Positions 16,194 to 24,633 of a DNA stretch of 26,197 nt are shown piece by piece. Made by a program: the position numbers and the translations under genes. This stretch comes from Xanthobacteraceae bacterium (lineage in GTDB: Bacteria; Pseudomonadota; Alphaproteobacteria; Rhizobiales; Xanthobacteraceae): NCBI GenBank assembly GCA_035636455.1, contig DASPZC010000205.1, positions 1 through 26,197 of the forward strand, read 5' to 3'. The notes under the pieces are model-generated. The model was not told the origin of the DNA and ran no database searches. It saw only the letters and a list, made by a program, of their open reading frames with translations. The stretch's first letter is position 1; the number at the start of each line of letters is the position of its first letter.

Positions 16194-16386
16194 CGGGGGT
16201 ACCTGGCGTTCGAGGCAGAGTCCGGAGGGTCGATTCGGCGGGGCGCGGGTTTTTCATGTCATGCGCCGCAAGCGCGCGCAACTGTAAGATGTCACCGCCA
16301 TGCTGCGGGCCCGGCGGCGATTTGCATTCGTTCACGGACCCTTTAACGTCCGGCTCTATCTGCTTCGCTTAAAGGAACATTTTGCA

Positions 16387-17193
16387 ATGGCCGCCACCGC
16401 CTCGTCGCAGTCCGCCGACAGCGACCTCCTCTGCGAGGTGCGCGACGGCATCGGCTTCGTCACCTTCAACCGGCCGCAGGCGCGCAACGCGCTCACCTTC
16501 GCCATGTACGAGCGGATCAAGGACATCTGCGCGGCGGCCGGCGACGATCGCGCGCTCAAGGTGATGGTGCTCACCGGGGCCGGCGACAAGGCGTTCGCGG
16601 CGGGCACCGACATCAACCAGTTCCGCGCCTTCAAAACGCCGCAGGACGCGATCGACTACGAAGCCCGCCTCGACCGTATCCTCGACGCGGTCGAGCGCTG
16701 CCGCGTGCCGACCATTGCGGCGATCGCCGGCGCGTGCACCGGCGGCGGCGCCGGCATCGCCTCGTGCTGCGACCTGCGGATCGCCGCCGCCACCGCCCGC
16801 ATCGGCTTCCCGATCGCACGCACCCTGGGCAATTGCCTGTCCATGGCGAGCATCCGGCGGCTGACCGCGCTGATCGGGCCGGCGCGGGTGAAGGAGCTGG
16901 TCCTCACCGCGCGCCTCATTGACGCGCAGGAAGGCCTCAAGCTCGGCTTCCTCAACGAGGTGGTCGACGACCAGCCGGCGCTGCTGCGCCGGGCCGACGA
17001 GCTCGCCCGGCTGATCGCCGGCCACGCGCCGCTCACCTTGCGCGCCACCAAGGAGGCGCTGCGGCGCATGCAGGCACCCTCCTCCCACGAGGACGAGGAG
17101 GACCTGATCCTCATGTGCTACATGAGCCGCGATTTCCGCGAGGGCATGGACGCGTTCCTCAGCAAGCGCCCGCCGCAATGGACGGGCGAGTAG
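16387..17193 (+). CDS. Crotonase-superfamily (enoyl-CoA hydratase/isomerase-like) protein
   Basis: ATG 16387 with AAAGGA upstream; motifs TFNRPQARNALT, AFAAGTDI, PTIAAIAGACTGGG, CDLRIA, FREGMDAFLSKRPPQWTG. Confidence 0.9.
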   Translation: MAATASSQSADSDLLCEVRDGIGFVTFNRPQARNALTFAMYERIKDICAAAGDDRALKVMVLTGAGDKAFAAGTDINQFRAFKTPQDAIDYEARLDRILDAVERCRVPTIAAIAGACTGGGAGIASCCDLRIAAATARIGFPIARTLGNCLSMASIRRLTALIGPARVKELVLTARLIDAQEGLKLGFLNEVVDDQPALLRRADELARLIAGHAPLTLRATKEALRRMQAPSSHEDEEDLILMCYMSRDFREGMDAFLSKRPPQWTGE

Positions 17194-17262
17194 CGGGGGC
17201 CGCGCGAAGAGCCGATTACCGCGCGCCCGGGCCGCAAAAACGCGTGCAACCCAAACGATCCG

Positions 17263-17277
17263 TTAACCAAAAATAAG
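17263..17277. promoter_or_regulatory. Degenerate CtrA-like site TTAACCAAAAATAAG upstream of the chemoreceptor
   Basis: One perfect GTTAACC half-site and an imperfect second half-site at N7 spacing, in an AT-rich patch about 50 nt upstream of an MCP gene. Confidence 0.35.
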
Positions 17278-17323
17278 GCCGGTCGAAATACTTTCCCCGG
17301 GTCATTCGACCGCTGGGTGCCTC

Positions 17324-18676
17324 ATGTTCCAGCATGTCGCCGGCCTCGCCGATGGCGCCGGCTGGCCCGCCGTTCTCGCCGCGGTCGCCTGCCTGGCGGC
17401 CTGTGCCGCGCTCATTGGCCGCGCGCGCGCGCGCCGGCGCAATCGCCGCCTGATGAGTGCCCTCGACAACATGTCCCAGGGCCTGTGCATGTTCGATGCC
17501 GCGCAGCGCCTCGTCATGTGCAACGCGACCTACGTGCGCATGTACGACCTGTCGCCGGACGTCGTGAAGCCCGGCTGCACGCTGCGCGAGCTGCTGCAGT
17601 ACCGCATCAAGAGCGGCGCCTTCACCGGCGATCCGGAGCAATACATCAAGAAACTGATGGCGGCGCTCGCCGTGGGAAAGCCGACGCGCCAGGCGGTCGA
17701 AACCGGCGGGCGCATCATCTCGCTGCTCAACAAGCCGATGCTCGGCGGCGGCTGGGTGGTCACCCATGAGGACGTGACCGAGCAGGCGAAAGCCGAGCAG
17801 CGCCAGGCCAGCATGGCCGAGCAGGAGGAGCGCCGCAAAACCATCGAGCGGGCGATCGCAGCGTTCCGCGAGCGGGTGGAAGACGTGTTGGGGACGGTCG
17901 GCGACAGTGCCACCGCGATGAAGGCGATTGCGACCGCGCTCTCCGCCTCGTCCAGCCAGACCTCGCAGCGCGCCGGTCACGCGGTCGACGCCTCGAACGA
18001 GGCGTCGAGCAACGTCGCCACCGCGGCGACGGCGGCCGAGGAGCTGCTGCGCTCGATCGCCGAGATCAGCCGGCAGCTCGGCCACACCACCGAAGTGGTG
18101 GGCGTCGCGGCCGGCGAGGCCAAATCCACCAACGACCACGTCGCCGGCCTCGCCAAGGCGGCGCAGAAGATCGGCGACGTGGTCAAGCTGATCCAGGCGA
18201 TTGCCGAGCAGACCAACCTGCTGGCGCTCAACGCCACGATCGAGGCGGCGCGGGCGGGCGAGTCGGGCAAGGGCTTTGCGGTCGTCGCCTCGGAGGTCAA
18301 GTCGCTCGCGGTGCAGACCGCCAAGGCGACGGAAGAGATCGACGCGCAGATCTCCGCCGTACAGTCGATGACCGCGGGCGCGGTCGAGGCGATCGGCCGC
18401 ATCGCCGAGCGCATGCAGGAGATCGACCGCGCCGCCTCGTCGGTCTCCTCCTCGGTCGAGCAGCAGAACGCGGCGACCGGCGAGATCGCCCATAACGTCG
18501 CGAGCGCCGCCAGGGAGACCAAACAGGTCGCCGCGGTGCTCGGCGAGGTCGCCGGCGCCATCGCCGACACCAGCGCGTCGGCGCAGACCCTGCTCGCCGC
18601 CGCCGACGCGGTCGAGACCGCCTCCGACAACCTGCGCGCCGAGGTCGACAGCTTCCTCGGCAAGGTCGCCGCCTAA
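17324..18676 (+). CDS. PAS-domain methyl-accepting chemotaxis protein
   Basis: N-terminal hydrophobic anchor; PAS-like [31 protein letters not shown]; MCP signalling hairpin [37 protein letters not shown]. Confidence 0.92.
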   Translation: MFQHVAGLADGAGWPAVLAAVACLAACAALIGRARARRRNRRLMSALDNMSQGLCMFDAAQRLVMCNATYVRMYDLSPDVVKPGCTLRELLQYRIKSGAFTGDPEQYIKKLMAALAVGKPTRQAVETGGRIISLLNKPMLGGGWVVTHEDVTEQAKAEQRQASMAEQEERRKTIERAIAAFRERVEDVLGTVGDSATAMKAIATALSASSSQTSQRAGHAVDASNEASSNVATAATAAEELLRSIAEISRQLGHTTEVVGVAAGEAKSTNDHVAGLAKAAQKIGDVVKLIQAIAEQTNLLALNATIEAARAGESGKGFAVVASEVKSLAVQTAKATEEIDAQISAVQSMTAGAVEAIGRIAERMQEIDRAASSVSSSVEQQNAATGEIAHNVASAARETKQVAAVLGEVAGAIADTSASAQTLLAAADAVETASDNLRAEVDSFLGKVAA

Positions 18677-18853
18677 AATTCGCTTCGCAGGCCTCAAGGC
18701 CTGCGCTTCATCGCGGGGCAGGTCGGCCGAAAATCCGCGCCATCCCGGCGCCGATTCCGCTTGCCGCCCCTACCCCGATGCGTCACATTTTCGCGCAATA
18801 AACAACGTGCGTCGGGCGCGCCGCAGCGCCACGCGCCGCAAAGGGAGGCTCTC

Positions 18854-21034
18854 ATGCAGACACGAGACTTGTACGCGGGCGTCGCGGCGATCACGCTCGC
18901 CGCGCTGCTGGCTGCCGCGCCGGTGCCCGCACGCGCGCAACAGGCCGATCCGGCCATCCAGGTCGGCGCGACCGACCTCGGCGGCGTCGTCACCGGGCCG
19001 AACGGACCCGAGGCCGGCGTGTGGGTGATCGCGGAGACGACCGATCTCCCCACCAAGTTCGCCAAGATCGTGGTGACGGACGATCGCGGCCGCTACGTCA
19101 TCCCCGAGCTGCCCCAGGCGAACTACTCGGTGTGGGTGCGCGGCTACGGCCTCGTCGACTCGCCCAAGGTGCAGAGCGCGCCCGGCAAGCTCCTCAACCT
19201 GACCGCGGTTCCGGCGCCGAACCCCGCCGCGGCGGCACAATTTTATCCGGGCATGTACTGGTATGCGATGCTCAGGATCCCGGCGGCCGATCAGTTCCCC
19301 GGCACCGGCCAAAAGGGCAACGGCATTCCCGAGGTGATGAAGGATCAGCACTACTGGGTCGACACGATCAAGAACGCGTGCCAGTCGTGCCATGCTTTCG
19401 GCACCAGAGGCATCCGCACCATTTCTCCGCAGCTCGGCGAGTTCAAGAACTCGGCCGAGGCGTGGACGCGGCGCATCCAGTCCGGCCAGGCGCAGGGGCC
19501 GATGGCCGCCCGCCTGACGCTGCTCGGCCCGGACAAGGGAATTTCCCTGTTCGCCGACTGGACCGACCGCGTCGCGGCCGGCGAAGTGCCGTTCGCCAAG
19601 CCCGAGCGGCCGCAGGGCGTCGAGCGCAACGTCGTCGTCAGCATGTGGGACTGGTCGACCAACAAACATTATATGCACGACGCGATCTCGACCGACAAAC
19701 GCAACCCGACGATCAATGCCAACGGCCTGATCTACGGGGCGCCCGAAGAGTCGACCGACAACGTTCCGGTGCTCGATCCGGTCCACCACAAGGCCTCGGT
19801 CATCAAGCACCCCTATCGCGATCCGAAGACGCCCTCGTCGACGGATGCGCCGCGCGGGCCTTCGCCCTACTGGGGCGAGGAGCCGATCTGGGACGGCCAC
19901 ACCAGCATTCACAACCCGATCTTCGACGAGAAGGGACGGGTCTGGTTCACCGCCCGCATCCGGCCGGCGGCCAATCCGGACTTCTGCAAGAAGGGCTCGG
20001 ATCACCCCTCCGCGAAGGTCGTGCCGCTCAACGAGTCGCCGCGGCATCTTTCCATGTACGACCCGAAGACCGGCAAGTGGTCGCTCATCAGCACCTGCTT
20101 CCCGACCCATCACCTCTACTTCGGCCATGACGCCAACAACACGCTGTGGACCAGCGCGGGCGGGCCGCAGAGCGGCGTGGTCGGCTGGCTGAACACGAAG
20201 ATGTACGAAGAGACCGGCGACGAGGCGAAGTCGCAGGGCTGGACGCCGCTGATCATCGACGCCAACGGCAACGGCAAGCGCGACGAGTACGTCGAAGCCA
20301 AGGAGCCGCTCGACCCCGCCAAGGACAAGCGGATCATCGCGGCGTTCTACGCCGTGCAGCCGAGCCCGATCGACGACTCGATCTGGGGCCAGTCGATGGA
20401 CATCGGGTTCTCCCTGATGGACCAGCCCGGCTACGTCATGCGGATCGTGCCGGGTCCGAACCCATCGGAGACGGCGCTGACGGAAATCTACCTGCCGCCC
20501 GATGGAGGCTTCAGTCCGCGCGGACTCGACGTCGACCTCAACGGGGTCGTGTGGACCGCGCTCGCGAGCGGACACGTGGCGAGCTTCGACCGCAGCAAGT
20601 GCAAGGGCCCGCTCAACGGTCCCGCCGCGGCGACCGGCAAGCACTGCCCGGAAGGGTGGACCCTCTATCCAATGCCCGGGCCGCAGTTCAAGGATGTGAA
20701 AGGGCCGGGCAGCGCCAACCACGCCTATTACATCTGGGTCGACCGCTACAACACGCTCGGCCTCGGAGCGAACGTGCCGATCGCCTCGACCAACGGCGCC
20801 GAGTCGCTGCTCGCCGTCGTCAACGGCAAGCTGGTCGATATTCGCGTGCCCTATCCGCAGGGCTTCTTCACCAAGAACGTGGACGGCCGCATCGACGACC
20901 CGAACGGCGGCTGGAAGGGGCGCGGCCTGTGGACCACGTCCGGCACCCGCACCGTGTTCCACGCCGAAGGCGGCACCAAGGAGCAGCCCAAGGTGTTCAA
21001 GCTGCAGATCCGCCCAGATCCGCTCGCGCGGTAG
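18854..21034 (+). CDS. Secreted protein with an N-terminal carboxypeptidase-regulatory-like beta-sandwich, one CxxCH c-type heme motif and a probable beta-propeller
   Basis: AGGGAGG RBS; signal peptide ending ARA-Q; GVVTGPNGPEAGVWVIA...VTDDRGRYVIPEL; CQSCH at residues 176-180 (nt 19379-19393); repeated D-x-x-G-x-V-W-type blades (FDEKGRVWFT, VDLNGVVWTA). Function unknown. Confidence 0.75.
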   Translation: MQTRDLYAGVAAITLAALLAAAPVPARAQQADPAIQVGATDLGGVVTGPNGPEAGVWVIAETTDLPTKFAKIVVTDDRGRYVIPELPQANYSVWVRGYGLVDSPKVQSAPGKLLNLTAVPAPNPAAAAQFYPGMYWYAMLRIPAADQFPGTGQKGNGIPEVMKDQHYWVDTIKNACQSCHAFGTRGIRTISPQLGEFKNSAEAWTRRIQSGQAQGPMAARLTLLGPDKGISLFADWTDRVAAGEVPFAKPERPQGVERNVVVSMWDWSTNKHYMHDAISTDKRNPTINANGLIYGAPEESTDNVPVLDPVHHKASVIKHPYRDPKTPSSTDAPRGPSPYWGEEPIWDGHTSIHNPIFDEKGRVWFTARIRPAANPDFCKKGSDHPSAKVVPLNESPRHLSMYDPKTGKWSLISTCFPTHHLYFGHDANNTLWTSAGGPQSGVVGWLNTKMYEETGDEAKSQGWTPLIIDANGNGKRDEYVEAKEPLDPAKDKRIIAAFYAVQPSPIDDSIWGQSMDIGFSLMDQPGYVMRIVPGPNPSETALTEIYLPPDGGFSPRGLDVDLNGVVWTALASGHVASFDRSKCKGPLNGPAAATGKHCPEGWTLYPMPGPQFKDVKGPGSANHAYYIWVDRYNTLGLGANVPIASTNGAESLLAVVNGKLVDIRVPYPQGFFTKNVDGRIDDPNGGWKGRGLWTTSGTRTVFHAEGGTKEQPKVFKLQIRPDPLAR

Positions 21035-21103
21035 GGCGTATGTGAAACGGACTGCATCGCCCGGCAGAGACGCCGGGCGATATGTTTTGCTCTTCCTCGC
21101 GGG

Positions 21104-21235
21104 CGTATCCCGGATGCGGCGCAGCGTGGAGCGAAGCGAAACGGTGCGCCGCTGATCCGGGACCCAAATTGCGCGATGCTCATGGACCCCGGGTCTGCAG
21201 CGCACCGCTTCACGCTGCGCCGCGCCCGGGGAACG
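21104..21235. repeat. Palindromic intergenic element, family A copy 3, between convergent genes
   Basis: TCCCGGATGCGGCGCA...TGCGCCGCTGATCCGGGA and CCCCGGGTCTGCAGCG...CGCTGCGCCGCGCCCGGGG; similar to copies 1 and 2. Confidence 0.85.
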
Positions 21236-21254
21236 TGCAACGCCGCGCCGCGCC

Positions 21255-22097
21255 TCACACCATCGCCAGCGGCTGCTTGCGGGCGGGGCGCGGGAACGCC
21301 GCCTCGAGCGCGGCGAGGTCGCGCCGGGTCAGGTGCAGATCGAGGGCGGCGCGGTTCTCGCGCACATGCGCGTCGCTGCCCGCCTTCGGGATGGCGATGA
21401 CGCCGTCGCGCCCGACAAGCCAGGCGAGCGCCACTTGGGACGGCGTCGCCGCGTGCCGCGCCGCGACCTCCTTGAGCACGCGCGAGCGCGCGAGCTTGCC
21501 CTGGTGGAGCGGCGAATAGGCCATGATCGGGATGCGCCGCCGGCGGCACCACGGAACAAGATCGAGCTCGATGCCGCGCCGCTTGAGATTGTAGAACACC
21601 TGATCGGTCGCGACCTCGGCGCCGCCGTCGAGGCGGACCAACTCCTCCATGTCGTCGACGTCGAAATTGCTCACGCCCCAATGGCGGATTTGTCCGGCGC
21701 GCACGAGGGCGCGAAACCCTTCGAGCGTCTCGGCGAGCGGCACGTCCTCGCGCCAGTGCAGCAGGTAGAGATCGAGCCGATCGGTCTTGAGCCGCTTGAG
21801 GCTCCGCTCGCACGCGGCGATCGTGCCGCGCCGCGTCGCGTTTTGCGGCAGCACCTTGCTCACCAGAAAGACCGCGTCGCGCCGGCCGGCGATCGCCTCG
21901 CCCACCACCCGCTCGGCCTCGCCATCGGCGTACATTTCGGCCGTGTCGATCAGGGTGAGCCCGAGGTCGACCCCGAGGCGCAGCGCCGCCACCTCCTCGC
22001 GCCGCCGCCCGCGGTCTTCGCCGAACGCCCAGGTGCCCTGCCCGAGCACCGGAATCCGCTCGCCGGAGGGGAGAGTCGTGGTGGGGACAGCCGGCAT
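21255..22097 (-). CDS. Aldo/keto reductase
   Basis: Start MPAVPTTTLPSGERIPVLGQGTW at 22097; catalytic tetrad context IDTAEMY, LVSKV, LYLLHW; GVSNF; IMAYSPL; AIPKA. Confidence 0.92.
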   Translation of the reverse strand: MPAVPTTTLPSGERIPVLGQGTWAFGEDRGRRREEVAALRLGVDLGLTLIDTAEMYADGEAERVVGEAIAGRRDAVFLVSKVLPQNATRRGTIAACERSLKRLKTDRLDLYLLHWREDVPLAETLEGFRALVRAGQIRHWGVSNFDVDDMEELVRLDGGAEVATDQVFYNLKRRGIELDLVPWCRRRRIPIMAYSPLHQGKLARSRVLKEVAARHAATPSQVALAWLVGRDGVIAIPKAGSDAHVRENRAALDLHLTRRDLAALEAAFPRPARKQPLAMV

Positions 22098-22211
22098 GGC
22101 GCAAGACTCCGTCGCGACGAACCCGGCTGCTCTATCCATCAATCCCATAAATGGGCCGCGCCGCAACCGCAGCGGTCCAATCGGCGCTGATCATCCGCGG
22201 AGGCGCCGCGA

Positions 22212-22426
22212 ATGATCGAGGCCAAATCGTCGACCATCAGCCAATACAACTACGCCATCGAGACGGGCGAGCTGTTCGTCGTGTTCAGGACGGCGCGTCC
22301 TATACCTATCACGACCTGCCGCCCGAGGAATTCGATGCGTTTTGCGTCGCGCCGTCGCAAGGCGCATATCTGAACACGCACATCAAGCCGAATTATCGGG
22401 TCACCCGCGGCGGCCGACCGAAGTGA
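22212..22426 (+). pseudogene. KTSC-domain small protein, frameshifted at about 22288 (real mutation or sequencing error)
   Basis: GGAGG RBS, then MIEAKSSTISQYNYAIETGELFVVF in one frame and DGASYTYHDLPPEEFDAFCVAPSQGAYLNTHIKPNY in another. Joined, they fit the KTSC pattern SS-x-I...Y...L-x-V-x-F..G..Y-x-Y..VP...A-x-S-x-G-x-Y-x-N..IK..Y. Confidence 0.75.
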
Positions 22427-22491
22427 CACCGTCTTGCCTGGCGGCGTTGCGGCTGACAATTTGTCCGGCTCGAACACCCGGGGGAAAGCCC

Positions 22492-24006
22492 ATGCGAGCG
22501 CTGCCGGCCGCGTTCATCGCCGCCCTTCTCGTGCTGCCGGCCCCGGCAGCGGCGCAGACGTTGCGCATCGGGCTGCAGGAGGACCCCGACACCCTCGACG
22601 GCGCCAAGAACTGGAGCTTCGTCGGCCGCAACGTGATGACGTCGATCTGCGACAAGCTGGTCGACATCGCGCCGGACGCCAGCATTGTGCCGATGCTGGC
22701 GACGAGCTGGGAGACCGCGGCCAACGGCAAGGCGATCACTTTTCGGCTGCGGCCGGGCGTGCGCTTCCACGACGGCGTGCCGTTCAACGCCGCGGCGGTG
22801 AAGTTCAGCCTCGACCGCGCGCTCACGCTCCCCGACAGCCGGCGCAAGAGCGAGATCAGCGCGATCGGCAATGTCGAGGCGCTCGACGAGCTGACCGTGC
22901 GAGTCGACATGGCGACGCCATTCTCGCCGCTGCTCGCGCAGTTCGCCGACCGCGCCGGCATCATGGTGTCGCCCAAGGCGGCGCAGGCGCTCGGCGACCA
23001 GTTCGGCAACAAGCCGGTGTGCGCGGGGCCCTATCGCTTCGTCGAGCGCGTGCCGCAGGACCGCATCGTGCTCGAGCGGTTCGCCGACTATTGGGACAAG
23101 GACCGCTATTTCATCCAGCGCGTCGTCTTCCTGCCCATGCCGGACGCAACGGTGCGCTTCGCCAACCTGCGCGCCGGCCAGCTCGACATGATCGAGCGCC
23201 TCTCCCCGACCGATCTCGACACCTTGCGCAAGAGCGACAAGCTCGCCGCCGCGGCGATCACCGGGCTCGGCTATCAGGGCATCACCTTCAACATCGCGAA
23301 CGGCGCCCGCGCGAGCAACCCGTTCGGCAAGGACAAGCGCGTGCGCGCCGCGCTCGATCTCGCCATCGACCGCAACATCCTCAACGCCGTCGCCAACAGC
23401 GGCGAGTTCCAGGTCGGCAATCAGCCGGTGCCGCCGCCGAACTTCTATTACAATGGGGCCCTGCCGGTTCCCGCGCGCGACGTCGAGCGCGCCAAGGCGC
23501 TGCTCAAGGAGGCCGGCGTCGCCAATCCGACGCTCACCCTGCTCGTGCCCAACGCCGATGCCAACCGGCAGGCGGCCGAGATCATCCAGTCGATGGCGAG
23601 CGAGGCCGGCATCGAGGTGAAGATCGAGCTCACCGAGTTCATCACCATGCTGCAGCGGGCGCGCGAGGGCAATTTCGACGCCGACTACGTGGGCTGGAGC
23701 GGCCGCATCGACCCCGACGCCAACATCCACACCCTCGTCGGCTGCAAGGTGCCGGGCAATGACGGCCACTATTGCAATCCGGAGCTCGAGAACCTGCTGC
23801 AGGCGGCGCGGCTGACCAGCGACCGCGCCGCGCGCAAGCAGGCCTACGAGGGCGTCATGCGGATTCTCCTCGACGAGCGGCCGATCATCTATCTGTGGCA
23901 CCAGAAGTGGATCTGGGGGCTCGCCGCCGACCTGCAGAACTACGTCCCCTATCCGGACGGCCTCATCCGCCTGCGCGACGTCAAATACAAGGCGGGGCGG
24001 ATGTAG
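22492..24006 (+). CDS. ABC transporter solute-binding protein, family 5 (DppA-like), orphan
   Basis: ATG 22492 with a signal peptide; TLRIGLQEDPDTLD, PMLATSWE, TFRLRPGVRFHDG, PVCAGPYRF, VRAALDLAIDR. Confidence 0.92.
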   Translation: MRALPAAFIAALLVLPAPAAAQTLRIGLQEDPDTLDGAKNWSFVGRNVMTSICDKLVDIAPDASIVPMLATSWETAANGKAITFRLRPGVRFHDGVPFNAAAVKFSLDRALTLPDSRRKSEISAIGNVEALDELTVRVDMATPFSPLLAQFADRAGIMVSPKAAQALGDQFGNKPVCAGPYRFVERVPQDRIVLERFADYWDKDRYFIQRVVFLPMPDATVRFANLRAGQLDMIERLSPTDLDTLRKSDKLAAAAITGLGYQGITFNIANGARASNPFGKDKRVRAALDLAIDRNILNAVANSGEFQVGNQPVPPPNFYYNGALPVPARDVERAKALLKEAGVANPTLTLLVPNADANRQAAEIIQSMASEAGIEVKIELTEFITMLQRAREGNFDADYVGWSGRIDPDANIHTLVGCKVPGNDGHYCNPELENLLQAARLTSDRAARKQAYEGVMRILLDERPIIYLWHQKWIWGLAADLQNYVPYPDGLIRLRDVKYKAGRM

Positions 24007-24078
24007 AGCATGATCGCGAAAAAGCCTGCCCCGGACCTGATCCGGGGTGGGCACCGGTTTTCGGAAAAGATCATGCTC
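24004..24078. repeat. RIME/CIR-like intergenic palindromic element, family D
   Basis: 10-bp terminal inverted repeat GAGCATGATC / GATCATGCTC, internal ACCGGTTTTCGGAAAAG and an inner hairpin CCCCGGA-CCTGA-TCCGGGG; its leading TAG is the upstream gene's stop. The family name is from recollection. Confidence 0.75.
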
Positions 24079-24166
24079 CAGCAATAAGCGGCCGCGGCCC
24101 TTCCCGCCGGCCGGGCCGATGTGGAATCATCGGCCGGCGCAACGGGCTTGCGCGAGGGAGGCGACA

Positions 24167-24631
24167 ATGGAAGGCAAGATCGACACGAGCCGGCTCATCG
24201 TGCCGGGGCTCGCGGGGCTCTATCAGGGCGTTGCGCCGTACAGCTACGCGATCATCCGCTTCTGCGCGGGCGCGGTCGTCGTCTATCACGGCTATGCCAA
24301 GCTGTTCGGCGGGTTTGCCGGACCGGTGGCGCAAAATGTTCTCACCCCGCTCGGCTTTCCGGCGCCGCTCGCCTGGGCGTATTTTCTCGGCATCCTCGAA
24401 TTCTTCGGCGGAATGATGCTGGCCGTCGGACTGCTGACGCGCCCGCTCGCCCTGATGTTCACGGTGCAGATGGCGATCGTCACCTACTGGCACGGCGCGA
24501 ACGGATATTTCTTCTCGAGCGCGCGCGGCGGCTGGGAATTCCCCCTGCTGCTGACCCTCATCTACCTCGCCATCTTCTTCCGCGGCGCCGGACGCTGCGC
24601 GCTCGACCGCATGATCGGCAGGGAATTTTAA
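24167..24631 (+). CDS. DoxX family membrane protein
   Basis: GGGAGG RBS; IIRFCAGAVVVYHGYAKLFG, LEFFGGMMLAVGLLTRP, GGWEFPLL, GAGRCALD. Confidence 0.9.
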   Translation: MEGKIDTSRLIVPGLAGLYQGVAPYSYAIIRFCAGAVVVYHGYAKLFGGFAGPVAQNVLTPLGFPAPLAWAYFLGILEFFGGMMLAVGLLTRPLALMFTVQMAIVTYWHGANGYFFSSARGGWEFPLLLTLIYLAIFFRGAGRCALDRMIGREF

Positions 24632-24633
24632 CG

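Noticed and set aside
15350-22290. Programmed ribosomal frameshifting at the two broken genes (15354 and 22288)
   Set aside because: Neither site has an X-XXY-YYZ slippery heptamer or an obvious stimulator, and neither family is known to me to use recoding.
604-24084. Long antisense or alternate-frame ORFs (604-2163, 4149-6113, 5764-7749, 7668-9965, 11088-12677, 11270-13153, 14850-16346, 17216-18697, 18770-21205, 22393-24084 and others)
   Set aside because: They are Arg/Gly/Ala/Pro-rich shadows of real genes, expected at high GC where stop codons are scarce; they show no recognisable motifs or RBS.
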